Shown here: positions 1 through 9,623 of the stretch, in pieces
Layout: every line of letters begins with the position of its first letter
Numbering within the stretch: the stretch's first letter is position 1
The notes under the pieces: model-generated
Database searches by the model: none
What the model was told of the DNA's origin: nothing
What the model saw: only the letters and a program-made list of their open reading frames with translations
Translations under genes and position numbers: made by a program
Origin: Escherichia phage LF82-9
Length of the DNA: 64,000 nucleotides
Direction: 5' to 3' (one strand)
Sequence record: PV660452

Positions 1-754
1 TTTGATAGTACTCAGTTTTAGTTGGTTTAAAAATTCGAATCAGCGCTTCTTCAGGATACTTATTTCTGTCGAAGCTATTATTTGGATCGGTTATATAAAG
101 CGGTTGACCTAATTGAATTGCACATTCAACCACTTGTTCAAAACGATAACATGGGTCACTAATTCGAAATGGATGAAAAATACCATCTAGATGAATAGGA
201 GCCAAATCACCTACAAGACGCTGCATGATGGAAGGACGTATAACTTTCTGAGTTACGATAATCTTATTACCATCTGCACCGGCGTTAACCAGCACTTCTT
301 TTTGACGTTCATTCAACACGGTAGTTTGAAGTGAACGATTAACTGACAACATATCGGTTTTTAAGAATTCGTCAATATAAAAACGTGGTTTATTAGGGTC
401 TGCCGTGATATTGAAATTGAATTCTACATCAAAAGCGCCGTCATATCCAGTGATATCTGTTATTAGAAAATCACAATCATAATAAGCAATTAATGAATCA
501 ACCACAAATTCATTTTCAGACCAGAAATATTTACGAGTGTTATACGCGTTATCTTTATACCATAATGGAACAAACTTAAATTCCGGGAAAAGACGTTCAC
601 ATTCTTTAATATCAGATGCATTACGTGGATATGTAATCACATCACCTGGATTAGCACGGTGCAAATGAAGTTGGAAGTTGCCATCCTTAAGGATAGCATA
701 CTGTCCAGTTTCATAAGACCGCATACTCAAGATAGGTACGCGGAAAATAGCCAT
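1..754 (-). CDS. hypothetical protein, partial (continues past window start), at the position T4 gives to beta-glucosyltransferase; candidate DNA sugar transferase
   Basis: Hand translation of minus strand is open from ATG 754..752 to position 1 (MAIFRVPILSMRSYETGQYAILKDG...), start overlaps stop of gene 42 homolog; no similarity to T4 Bgt visible by eye. Confidence 0.5.
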   Translation of the reverse strand, partial: MAIFRVPILSMRSYETGQYAILKDGNFQLHLHRANPGDVITYPRNASDIKECERLFPEFKFVPLWYKDNAYNTRKYFWSENEFVVDSLIAYYDCDFLITDITGYDGAFDVEFNFNITADPNKPRFYIDEFLKTDMLSVNRSLQTTVLNERQKEVLVNAGADGNKIIVTQKVIRPSIMQRLVGDLAPIHLDGIFHPFRISDPCYRFEQVVECAIQLGQPLYITDPNNSFDRNKYPEEALIRIFKPTKTEYYQ

Positions 755-1470
755 TAGTCAAGGAATCCTTTAACATAATCAAAATCACGTTCAAACACAT
801 GGGCACTTACCATGGTATGAGTATAATCACCAACTTCTACACCACATTCGTTAGCGATATAATGAAGTAATTTTCCTTGGAGATAAAAATCCAACTGCAT
901 AACAACAGCACAGTTCTGAGAACGCATATGACAGTGGGTATAAAGCTTACCATCGCGAATATAATAAGTCACTGAGTCAGTACATGGATATTCAAGTGTT
1001 TCGTCCGAATCAAGCAAAGCCTGATCAGAACTTTCTAGAATTTGGAACACAACTCTTCGAGAGTTAGGTTTCTCTTTAAGTTCTTTTAGAAGAGCTGGTA
1101 ATTGGGCCGCAATGCGAGGACCATAGAAAGTGTTGAAGTTCGCCGGCAAAGCGTCTGATTTAGGTTTAGAAATAAATTTAGCGACATTAGGATATGCCTT
1201 AAACGCTTCTTCTGCATCAGTACCACCAGAAATCATAAACTTCCAGAAGTCTTCGGCATATTCATAAGAGATGCGGTTAATACGTGGGTCGGTCATTTTG
1301 AATGATGATGGATTGTCAACAACTACTGTCATGGACCCGATTTCATTACAACGTCCAATACGAGAATCAGTTACGAATTCAGGATTTTCTAAAATTTCAC
1401 GATTGACTGCTTTAAATGCGGCTTGAAAATCTGCGGCTTTGATATATTTCATTGTGTTATGTTTTCCCAT
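754..1470 (-). CDS. 42: dCMP hydroxymethylase (gp42 homolog, thymidylate-synthase fold), divergent from T4
   Basis: Motif PCTDSVTYYIRDGKLYTHCHMRSQN aligns with T4 gp42 MCTNTVQYLIRDKK..MRSND (catalytic Cys; Asp at cytosine-specificity position); ATG at 1470 with GAGGT SD. Confidence 0.8.
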   Translation of the reverse strand: MGKHNTMKYIKAADFQAAFKAVNREILENPEFVTDSRIGRCNEIGSMTVVVDNPSSFKMTDPRINRISYEYAEDFWKFMISGGTDAEEAFKAYPNVAKFISKPKSDALPANFNTFYGPRIAAQLPALLKELKEKPNSRRVVFQILESSDQALLDSDETLEYPCTDSVTYYIRDGKLYTHCHMRSQNCAVVMQLDFYLQGKLLHYIANECGVEVGDYTHTMVSAHVFERDFDYVKGFLD

Positions 1471-1512
1471 GTTTACCTCAATACAATTTATTATATACTC
1501 AATTCGTAAAGC

Positions 1513-1752
1513 TTATTTGAATTTCTTGGCAATGTTGATATAACGTAAAGCTTCAGAATCTATACTTCCAAGAACACTATGAAGGAATGCATCAGTGTAG
1601 TATTCCAATTGAACAGGTTCTTTAATCACTTTAGCCGCTTTGGTTTCAAACAGGCCCATAAGGGCCTTTTTAAGAATTTGTTCGTTAGTGTTCAGTTTTA
1701 TAGTCAAAATCTCTTCATTAAGTTGGTGGTTAAAAGTTTTTCTAGAAATCAT
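1513..1752 (-). CDS. hypothetical small protein
   Basis: 79-aa ORF co-oriented between the Cys-rich ORF and gene 42. Confidence 0.4.
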   Translation of the reverse strand: MISRKTFNHQLNEEILTIKLNTNEQILKKALMGLFETKAAKVIKEPVQLEYYTDAFLHSVLGSIDSEALRYINIAKKFK

Positions 1753-2909
1753 TCCGGGTACCTCAAAGCGTCATCAGAGTTAGTTATATCAATAATAGAT
1801 ATAGAGTTTTCTGATAACCCATTTTTAGATAACTGACGTTTATAATATCTTTCACAATATGTACACGTCGTCCCGCAGATTTCATTAGCACAATCGAAAT
1901 CTGGATGTCTGAACCACCTTTTTTCTAAAAAACCGTCTAACAATGAGGTTTCAATATTTACTGTATGTGAAAACTCAGTCTCATTTTCAAGAGTGAAAAT
2001 AGTCTCTAAAGGCTTCCACAGTTCTAACAAATTACCTTCAAACTTTTCAGAAGCGTATGCTTCAAGAACTTTCAAAATGTAGTCTGTGCTACCTGTACGT
2101 CCTGAAACTTTGAATTGAGTGATACCAATATCATTATAAAGTTTCAAATCTTGAGGACGAACAAAACGAGTTCTCAACCAGTTAAATGGGTCTGTATCAC
2201 GAGCTTTAATGCAGTGTTGCATTGGATATCCATTTAAGGATTTAGCATCATCAGCTGTAACATCAGTACTATGGAAAATATAGCAAGAGTCACGATAACT
2301 ACAATGTGTTGTATACCCTTTACCAGCATTAGAACAGAACTCATTTACAAGAACTTCAAATATTATATTGTTCTTATTGCAAAACTCTGCTGCACGCTTC
2401 AGGAAAGAAACTGAACGGTTCTTATGAATTCCACAGCAGACCTTTTTGATATTGTATTGGTCATGTAAGTATTTTATTTGAGTTACAGCATCGACATGTA
2501 GAATTGTTGAAACTTCAATCTCAATGTCTTTATTGACTTCACGAACAATTTCCATAACAACAGGGTTAGCGATAGTAATACGCCATACGCCTATTGACCA
2601 AAGATACTGAACATAATCCTGAATAGCTTTCTTCTTCCACTCGACTAGTTCTCTTTTTGAACCAGGATTTATCGTGTTGAGTGTATAGTTAAAGCAAATA
2701 CCTAATTCGTTACAACGTTTAACGTAATCTTCTAACATCTTTTTGTCAACGTCAGGAAGCCTAAAATCAGGTCTGGCTGCTACAAAAGCCATTTCTCTTG
2801 TAGAGCCATATACTTCGTTTATCAAGCTATTAGGATAGGTTTTATTGAGCTCTACGATTTTATCAAGAAGAGCTAAATCAAAATTCGTTCCGATTTTAAA
2901 AGTATTCAT
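1749..2909 (-). CDS. hypothetical Cys-rich protein in the sugar cluster (C-terminal CxxxCx5CxxC cluster; possible metal/Fe-S binding; function unknown)
   Basis: 386-aa ORF, ATG at 2909; C-terminal CANEICGTTCTYC motif; weak resemblance to U32-type enzymes not verifiable by eye. Confidence 0.6.
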   Translation of the reverse strand: MNTFKIGTNFDLALLDKIVELNKTYPNSLINEVYGSTREMAFVAARPDFRLPDVDKKMLEDYVKRCNELGICFNYTLNTINPGSKRELVEWKKKAIQDYVQYLWSIGVWRITIANPVVMEIVREVNKDIEIEVSTILHVDAVTQIKYLHDQYNIKKVCCGIHKNRSVSFLKRAAEFCNKNNIIFEVLVNEFCSNAGKGYTTHCSYRDSCYIFHSTDVTADDAKSLNGYPMQHCIKARDTDPFNWLRTRFVRPQDLKLYNDIGITQFKVSGRTGSTDYILKVLEAYASEKFEGNLLELWKPLETIFTLENETEFSHTVNIETSLLDGFLEKRWFRHPDFDCANEICGTTCTYCERYYKRQLSKNGLSENSISIIDITNSDDALRYPE

Positions 2910-2965
2910 TTTTTTGCATCTCGCGTTAATTGATGCGATGGTTTTTGCAGGTCTTACTTAAATTA

Positions 2966-3367
2966 TTATAGATTTGGTTTATATGATTTAAATGTTTCGA
3001 ATTCGCCTTTATTCATAAGAGCTTTGAATTCGTCAGGACGCATAGCTTTGTCGTCGATAATCCAATCATATACTGGTTTATGTGTTAGCAAATTATGGTA
3101 CTTCAAACCAATGTTTTCCAAGTTCTGAATCAGACTTGGGAGAATGTCAATTGCTATACGACCAGGACCTACCGACTTCATACCACGGGCAGTGTAAAGC
3201 GTTATGGTATGCCCTGCATCATACAGAGCATTAATGGCAGACACCATTTCGACGTCTGGTTTGAAGTTCACGTAATCACGATTGTTATTCCACTCTGTTA
3301 TACAATCATCGACATCAAAACAAAGATTAAGCATGTTTTCTACACGGTGCATTAGATTCGTTCCCAT
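2966..3367 (-). CDS. HAD-superfamily phosphatase/phosphomutase-like protein
   Basis: N-terminal FDVDDCITEW matches HAD motif I (DxDx[T/V]); 133 aa; start uncertain (overlaps upstream gene by 16 nt). Confidence 0.6.
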   Translation of the reverse strand: MGTNLMHRVENMLNLCFDVDDCITEWNNNRDYVNFKPDVEMVSAINALYDAGHTITLYTARGMKSVGPGRIAIDILPSLIQNLENIGLKYHNLLTHKPVYDWIIDDKAMRPDEFKALMNKGEFETFKSYKPNL

Positions 3368-5037
3368 TGATGAGTGATATCGCCACCGATTGGACGATAA
3401 GAAACACCAGTTTCTTTATCAGTTAGTACCCATTTACCAGGATTTTTTGTAATCAGAGTAGCCGTTACAGGTTCTGCTACGTCATAACTAATAGAGCCGT
3501 CTTGAAGTACACGGCCCATGTTACGTAATTGCTTAGTCAGAAGTTCCATACCTTTATAATATGCGGCTACCGCTTTAAGTGGATTATTCTTGAAATAACC
3601 ACCTAATGCAATCCAGATAATTGCTACGGCCAAATGATGATACTCGTTAAACGAACTCATCTTTCCATATTTGTAAACTAATGGATTGATGTTAATAGTC
3701 ACATTACAAGTTGTTTCATCAATAGTAAACTGTCCCCAGGTCGGATTAGCATTGAATTCATCATAACCTGAAACAGCATAAAGCACTTTAGCTTCATCGT
3801 ACAATTTTGGCCCGTAAATCTTGGTTTCGCCAAAATATCCACGAGGGTCGATAAACTTGACTTCGCCGTTATCAGTAATCATAGTATTACTGAAGTTTGG
3901 GTCACCGTGAATAACAGAGTACTGTCCCTGAGAACGGTTATGATAACGAATAAGATGTTCTAAAGCTTGTTTCAACATTGGCTTCAGACGTCCAATTTTA
4001 GTGTAGTTCACGTGTGTGATTTTACCGAATGAATCAATCAATGGCTGAATGCTTTCACAACGATCAATAACTTTCGTATAGAACTCTTTAGTGAAATCAC
4101 AGCGAACAGTTTCAGGACTTACAAAATAAGTGTCCGTGCTGAATTTCAGTGCATCTAAAATTGCATCAACAATTTGTGGACGAGCAAGACTTGATTTGGA
4201 TTTAATATATTCAAATGCCGGCTTACCTTTAATACGTTCCATTTCAAAATTATTTTCATTTACCGAAACTAACTGAGGAACTGAATCTGATTTCACTTTC
4301 AAATACCATGAAATCTCATCTTTTTGAAGAGCTCGACCTTGTTCGGTTAACGCGAATTTAGTTACAGTTTCTTCGCCAATTTCAACTGCATTAAAACTAC
4401 GATTCAGTTCACGAACTTCATGAGCCTTTTCAAGTTTAGGCATATCACCTAAATCAATTAGATTCATAAGCTCTGATTTATTGAATGCACTGCCGTAAAG
4501 GAATTCTACGAAATCACGGCCTTTGCAGTATTCGTGAATTTCCTCATCAGTAGAACCCATGTAAAATTCCCAATCTTTGAACTGATAAATTCCTACAACA
4601 TTACCGCCTGTTGAACCTACGTTAGTGATATTTTCACCATCGAAATTATATCGACATTCATCACCCTTAACATAGATTGCGTTAACATTCCAAGACCATG
4701 AACCAAAATCGGGAATAATATCACACCAGTTAACAATTACATTATGGCCATCTAAATCTTTATATAATTTAGCAAGAGCATAAGCAGAACCATACGCTTC
4801 ATCAACTGTACGAATAGTCACATTGAACCCTTCTTGCTCACAATAAGCTCGAACAGTTTCAGCAAATTTTGAATGAACTACTACAATAATTTCATCTGCG
4901 CCAAGGTCAGAATAAATTGTATACAAATTGCTCAGAATAGTGTCTTGTTTATAGTTAACAAGCACCTTAGGAATATGATGCGTTATTGGATACAAACGAG
5001 TTGCCAGTCCAGCACCAAGAATAACAGCTTTTTTCAT
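3352..5037 (-). CDS. bifunctional sugar-phosphate nucleotidyltransferase (N-terminal) / sugar kinase-like (C-terminal, APH/choline-kinase fold)
   Basis: N-terminus MKKAVILGAGLATRLYPITHHIPKVLV resembles GlmU/RmlA-type NTP-transferase G-x-G-x-R motif; C-terminal HGDPNFSNTMITDNGEVKFIDPRGYFG resembles kinase catalytic loop HGDxxxxN...D. Confidence 0.75.
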   Translation of the reverse strand: MKKAVILGAGLATRLYPITHHIPKVLVNYKQDTILSNLYTIYSDLGADEIIVVVHSKFAETVRAYCEQEGFNVTIRTVDEAYGSAYALAKLYKDLDGHNVIVNWCDIIPDFGSWSWNVNAIYVKGDECRYNFDGENITNVGSTGGNVVGIYQFKDWEFYMGSTDEEIHEYCKGRDFVEFLYGSAFNKSELMNLIDLGDMPKLEKAHEVRELNRSFNAVEIGEETVTKFALTEQGRALQKDEISWYLKVKSDSVPQLVSVNENNFEMERIKGKPAFEYIKSKSSLARPQIVDAILDALKFSTDTYFVSPETVRCDFTKEFYTKVIDRCESIQPLIDSFGKITHVNYTKIGRLKPMLKQALEHLIRYHNRSQGQYSVIHGDPNFSNTMITDNGEVKFIDPRGYFGETKIYGPKLYDEAKVLYAVSGYDEFNANPTWGQFTIDETTCNVTININPLVYKYGKMSSFNEYHHLAVAIIWIALGGYFKNNPLKAVAAYYKGMELLTKQLRNMGRVLQDGSISYDVAEPVTATLITKNPGKWVLTDKETGVSYRPIGGDITHQWERI

Positions 5038-5078
5038 GTTGTGGTCCTCATTGGTAAGTAGGAGTATTGTACACTATT

Positions 5079-5222
5079 CTAGTTAAAGCATTCATACTTT
5101 GCCTGTAGACCAATCATAATCCATCCAATTACAAGTGTTGGAATCATTACTGGAGCCGTTAAGCTCCAGTAGATAGTCATGACAAGCATCAATAGTAAAA
5201 GTCCTATTGTTATTGCTTTCAT
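5079..5222 (-). CDS. small hydrophobic protein (47 aa), not in ORF track
   Basis: Hand translation MKAITIGLLLLMLVMTIYWSLTAPVMIPTLVIGWIMIGLQAKYECFN; ATG overlaps stop of SIS gene (ATGA); lies where T4 has imm. Confidence 0.4.
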   Translation of the reverse strand: MKAITIGLLLLMLVMTIYWSLTAPVMIPTLVIGWIMIGLQAKYECFN

Positions 5223-5854
5223 TGCTCGCCTCGTAACATGGCACCTAGTGCACCGCCTGGATGGAACTTAAGGAAATCATTAGAGGTAAATCCACGTTCA
5301 GACGAAAGGTTGATAGCAAAAGTATCGATAAGCGCTAACAATAATGTAGTGGACATGGTCGGAGCCAGAGAATTCTCATCAACCTCTACTGCGATGCCTG
5401 TACAGAAAGAGTAATCAAAAAGGGCTTCATTTTCTTGTGGAATGTCTGGGTTACAATGCAACAGAATCTGTTTGACGTTCGGTCGAATCATTTTAAGATG
5501 CTTAGCCACGCCTATCATTTCTTCAGTTTTACCAGAACGACTAATATGAATCAACACATCATTAGGCGCAATAAATCCTGCATCACCGTGAGAATAATGC
5601 CCAGTGTTCAAGTACATACTTGGGATACCGAGTGAAGCAAATGTCTCAGAAGCTTTAGTTGCAATATTAGCATTCTTACCAACACCTGTAATAATTACTC
5701 GGCTTTCATAATTACTAAGTCCAGGGCGTCGAAGAGTTTCTAGAATAGCATTATAACGAGCAGGGTTTTGACTAATTACTTTGGCCATAGCGGCCAAAGA
5801 AGAAGCTTGTTTTATGATTGCGTCAATAGCGATATTAATAGGAGTAGTTTTCAT
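5219..5854 (-). CDS. SIS-domain sugar-phosphate isomerase (KdsD/GutQ-like arabinose-5-phosphate isomerase candidate)
   Basis: TGVGKNANIATKASETFASLGIPSMYLNTGHYSHGDAGFIAPNDVLIHISRSGKTEEM matches KdsD-type SIS motifs (GxGKS..ASTGTPS..HGDLG..ISNSGES). Confidence 0.75.
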   Translation of the reverse strand: MKTTPINIAIDAIIKQASSLAAMAKVISQNPARYNAILETLRRPGLSNYESRVIITGVGKNANIATKASETFASLGIPSMYLNTGHYSHGDAGFIAPNDVLIHISRSGKTEEMIGVAKHLKMIRPNVKQILLHCNPDIPQENEALFDYSFCTGIAVEVDENSLAPTMSTTLLLALIDTFAINLSSERGFTSNDFLKFHPGGALGAMLRGEQ

Positions 5855-5894
5855 ATTTCTCTCATTTAATTAGTTTACCGTCCATGGCATTATA

Positions 5895-8606
5895 TCAAAA
5901 ATCGAACATATCGAAGAGAGATGCTTTCTTCTCGTAATCGAGTTTCGCTGCTGATGTGAATCCTTCAAGTGGTTTAATAAATGTCTTCTCAAGGAGAACA
6001 GTGTAGTCCATCCAATGAAGTACGTCGTCTTTAATTAAATCTGTGATTTCAGTACCAGAAGGCCATGCGATACATTTATCACCGAACGGGTTTCCTTCAC
6101 GTAAAGGCAGAACATATACTTTTTCACCTTCTACAACTTGTGGAGCATCAATATTACCTTTGATAGCTCGGTTATATGTCAGAATTCCACGAATATGGAA
6201 CGGACATTTAGGACCAGGGAATCCACCAACGTCATATTTAGCAATGTTATTCGCAGAAGATACCGACGCGATGCTAATATAATTCAATTGACGGAATTCT
6301 TTTTCAAACTCTTTAAAATATTCTTGTAATGATTCTTCACCTTCTTGAAGCATACGGCGAATACATTCTTTAAGAGCTTTCTGTACTGCTTTAGGGGTCG
6401 AAGATTTCTGTGTTTCGAGACCCATGATTTTGAGTTTAGGCTCAGCGTATCTGGTTCCTTCCATATCCCACACGTTTAATGCATAACGTTTCTTACCAGT
6501 CCAGAATCCGCCAATACCTTTAGAACCGAGTGGAGGACCAGCGATAGCTTCTCGGTCCATGAACATTAAGTGTTGTTTATTGTTCATGTATTCACACATT
6601 TCACGGAAACCTCTATCAATAGCCGGTTCCATACGTTCACGAGCGAACTTATCTAAGAAGTCTACCCAATGGTTGGTATCACGGAATTTAGATTCACCAA
6701 CCTTATCAATAATTTTATCTGCAGATACGTAAATAGAGTCTGTATCACCATAAAGAACGAAAGCTTCACCTTCTGTACCACAAACTTCGTTCAGATATTC
6801 ATTAACTTTACGTTCAATCCACTGTAAAGCCATTTGCCCGAATGTTGTGATTGCAGTAGCATTACGCAAATCATAATAACGGAACCAAACGTTTCCAAGT
6901 GCACCATAAAGTGAGTTGATGAGCAATTTACGGTTAATCTGTGCAGTCATACCTGCAACTTCAGTACGTTGAGCTCTAAACAACATTTCATTAAGAGATT
7001 TAGCAGACAACTTTTTAATCTTTTCTTTAATCTCGTCAGTGAAGTCAAAACGATAATCAACATCTAATGGTTCATCAACAGAAAGATTAGGATTATGTAA
7101 GGCTTCTTTAATTATTTCACCATTACGTTGAGCTGCAAGCATGTAACCTTTATGTTCTTTACGTTGATTAAAGACCTTAGTGATTTCAGTTGGAACTACA
7201 CCATCACGGTCTTTATAATACATCATGCCGTTAGGAGAGCAACTGTACACATCTGAAGGACGTTCAGCGATTGCGTTAATATAATCATGCAGTGGAGCTA
7301 CTTTAAACGTTCCTGCTATTGTTTCCGGGCTAATATTCACTTGGCGAATAATACTTGGATACAGGGATGTAAGGTCGAAACTCATTACATATTTGTATCG
7401 ATTTGGAATAGGTTCCTTAACAAAAGCACCGGGATAAGGTTGAACCGGGTGAGAACGACCTTGTGGAATCACCTTGCTCTGCTCTTTAAGGCTATTAAAA
7501 ATAATAGCATCCCATGTTTTAATTGGGCTAAACACAGATTGAATCTGTATCTTAGCATAATAACCCATGTCCAAACTCAAGTTGATGAACTGACGCTTAG
7601 CATCAATTTGCAATACACGATACACGTCGATAATGTTATAAGAAATATACCGTTGGTGATTGCTTTCACGAAGCTTAGAAATAGGGCCGTCATATTTCAG
7701 TTTACCAACGTTCAATTCAAATTCTGAAATGTAATCCAGAGAATACGACGGTTGATTGGTAAAAGAGAATTTTTTGTAAAGGTCGATATAATCAAGAACA
7801 GAGATACCGAACAATGTAATGATTTCACGAGAACCATACATGTTTTCGATAACTTTAACACGAGTTTTACGATGTGGTGATAAACGTTTCGCAGTAGATT
7901 CGCCAAAAATATTCTTGATTCGGTTATACACATATGGAATATCAAATGACTCAACGTTCCATCCAGTCAAAATGACAGGAGTTTTCTGTTGCCAGAAGTT
8001 GAGATATTCCATCAACAATTCTTTTTCGTTATCGAACGGCATATAAATGATTTTATCGATAATTTCAGATGGAACTTCATCACCGCCTTGTTCTTGAAGC
8101 TTAGCCGCAATTTCGATAGACCATTCTTCTACATTACCATACGGAGAATTCAATAGATCAAATACGTAGAACCTGTCGTCAATTGAGTCATAATGGGTGA
8201 TAGCATCAATCGGATGTTTTGCTTGTGACGGCTCAGGGAACCCATCCGGAGATGTTACTTCGATGTCGAAGTTAGCCACACGAATTTTTGTATGGTCGTA
8301 TTTGATTTCATAGTTATAAGTGTCAGACAAATACGCCAATTTGAAATCGTCCATGCCGAGTGCTTCAAGTCCGATATCTTCCATGCGTTTAATCCATTGG
8401 GAGGCATCACGCATATTAGCGAACAACTTACGAGTACACGGCTTACCGTAGATATCGAAATATTTCGTAGCCTGACTTTCTGGGCAATGAGCAAACAATG
8501 ATGGTTTATATTCTACTTCACGAGTACATTCACGGCCATTAGAATCGATGTAACGTTCAAAAATTGAATCACCAATCTGTTCAACCGTTAAGTAAAATTC
8601 TTTCAT
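5895..8606 (-). CDS. 43: DNA polymerase gp43
   Basis: 903 aa; matches RB69/T4 gp43 as recalled, incl. DIE exonuclease and YGDTDS polymerase motifs. Confidence 0.97.
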   Translation of the reverse strand: MKEFYLTVEQIGDSIFERYIDSNGRECTREVEYKPSLFAHCPESQATKYFDIYGKPCTRKLFANMRDASQWIKRMEDIGLEALGMDDFKLAYLSDTYNYEIKYDHTKIRVANFDIEVTSPDGFPEPSQAKHPIDAITHYDSIDDRFYVFDLLNSPYGNVEEWSIEIAAKLQEQGGDEVPSEIIDKIIYMPFDNEKELLMEYLNFWQQKTPVILTGWNVESFDIPYVYNRIKNIFGESTAKRLSPHRKTRVKVIENMYGSREIITLFGISVLDYIDLYKKFSFTNQPSYSLDYISEFELNVGKLKYDGPISKLRESNHQRYISYNIIDVYRVLQIDAKRQFINLSLDMGYYAKIQIQSVFSPIKTWDAIIFNSLKEQSKVIPQGRSHPVQPYPGAFVKEPIPNRYKYVMSFDLTSLYPSIIRQVNISPETIAGTFKVAPLHDYINAIAERPSDVYSCSPNGMMYYKDRDGVVPTEITKVFNQRKEHKGYMLAAQRNGEIIKEALHNPNLSVDEPLDVDYRFDFTDEIKEKIKKLSAKSLNEMLFRAQRTEVAGMTAQINRKLLINSLYGALGNVWFRYYDLRNATAITTFGQMALQWIERKVNEYLNEVCGTEGEAFVLYGDTDSIYVSADKIIDKVGESKFRDTNHWVDFLDKFARERMEPAIDRGFREMCEYMNNKQHLMFMDREAIAGPPLGSKGIGGFWTGKKRYALNVWDMEGTRYAEPKLKIMGLETQKSSTPKAVQKALKECIRRMLQEGEESLQEYFKEFEKEFRQLNYISIASVSSANNIAKYDVGGFPGPKCPFHIRGILTYNRAIKGNIDAPQVVEGEKVYVLPLREGNPFGDKCIAWPSGTEITDLIKDDVLHWMDYTVLLEKTFIKPLEGFTSAAKLDYEKKASLFDMFDF

Positions 8607-8618
8607 TTAATTTCCTTT

Positions 8619-8634
8619 AGACGAGTTATTGTCT
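8619..8634 (-). promoter_or_regulatory. hairpin (4-bp stem, 8-nt loop) next to the gene 43 SD; candidate gp43 translational operator
   Basis: Minus-strand AGACAATAACTCGTCT directly upstream of AAAGGAAA SD and ATG at 8606; resembles the T4 gp43 autoregulatory operator architecture. Confidence 0.4.
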
Positions 8635-8650
8635 TTTGTTTGTTGATGAA

Positions 8651-8690
8651 CTTATTATACTCCAAATGGGACCGAAGTCCCATTGCTTTA
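8651..8690 (-). promoter_or_regulatory. regA-43 intergenic hairpin (UUCG loop) followed by TATAAT; candidate promoter/processing element for gene 43
   Basis: AATGGGAC-TTCG-GTCCCATT then TTGGAGTATAATAA; the same TTGGAGTATAATAA -10 block recurs at 26331 and 27351. Confidence 0.35.
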
Positions 8691-9065
8691 ATTACCAATT
8701 GTATATTTTGCTTTCAAAGTCCAGTCATCTTTCTGTTTAAAAGAGATAACACGGAAGTTATTAGTCAGGCCAAACAGATCTTCACGAGCAGAGTCTTCAA
8801 TAACAATCAATCCCCAGTCTTCAAGCAACTGAGCAATCGAATCACGTCGCTGATAGTCTTCACCATCAATATCAACCTGACGTCCGTCCATACGCAGCAT
8901 TTCTTTAAAGTGGACGATGTAGTATTTACCTTGCTTTTGGAGGATATGACAGGACTGATAAAGGACTTTATCCTTGTTATTAGCGATGCCCATACGGGTC
9001 AGAGTCTCTTTGACTTTAAGAAAATCTTCGGGGTTCTTCAATTTAATTTCAATCATTTTTACCAT
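8688..9065 (-). CDS. regA: translational repressor RegA
   Basis: Near-identical to T4 RegA as recalled ([41 protein letters not shown]...). Confidence 0.95.
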   Translation of the reverse strand: MVKMIEIKLKNPEDFLKVKETLTRMGIANNKDKVLYQSCHILQKQGKYYIVHFKEMLRMDGRQVDIDGEDYQRRDSIAQLLEDWGLIVIEDSAREDLFGLTNNFRVISFKQKDDWTLKAKYTIGN

Positions 9066-9622
9066 TCCAATGCTAATTTTTTAAATTGTTTTTGTTCTTT
9101 CACATTTTTTGTAACTTCTTTGAGAAACTCATCAGTGACCATGGCCTTCAGTTCTTTAAGGACTATTGGCAACTTGTTATTTTTTTCAAGGAGCCGCTTA
9201 TACTCGGTAGCATCATTCATGTTGATTGTGTAATGTTTCATCAACAGTTTGATAACTAGTAACTCTGAAGTGTCTTCGACTAGTTTAGCCCATTTAGAGA
9301 ATCGACGACCACGCGGAATTGCCGCCATCATATAGTTGAAGTGCGCTTCATCACTTAATTCAGAACCGACTAAGTTCATCATGTAAACGGCTGGCATACA
9401 TTCTGGGAACTGGGATAATGAGTTCTCAACCATAAATTTTGAGTAGTCGACCTGAGCAATTGACATAGATTTCTTTTCATTAATAGCATTAATGATTTTA
9501 AAGAATTCATTCTCAGGTTTTTCTTTAAACATATCAGCACATTTTTGAATCGCATCAGCGTCATTAGACTTCCATGCAATTTGGTGCTCGTTAAGTTGGA
9601 CGTCATCATCAAATAAGTTCAT
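9059..9622 (-). CDS. 62: clamp loader small subunit gp62
   Basis: 187 aa, strong similarity to T4 gp62; position between 44 and regA. Confidence 0.95.
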   Translation of the reverse strand: MNLFDDDVQLNEHQIAWKSNDADAIQKCADMFKEKPENEFFKIINAINEKKSMSIAQVDYSKFMVENSLSQFPECMPAVYMMNLVGSELSDEAHFNYMMAAIPRGRRFSKWAKLVEDTSELLVIKLLMKHYTINMNDATEYKRLLEKNNKLPIVLKELKAMVTDEFLKEVTKNVKEQKQFKKLALEW

Positions 9623-9623
9623 A

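Noticed and set aside
7287-7727. Plus-strand ORFs inside minus-strand genes (e.g. 7287..7727, 8640..9233, 11484..11936, 13231..13719, 47136..47654, 49353..49598)
   Set aside because: Antisense to well-supported genes such as gp43, gp46 and regA, with no SD or homology support; typical AT-rich antisense artefacts.
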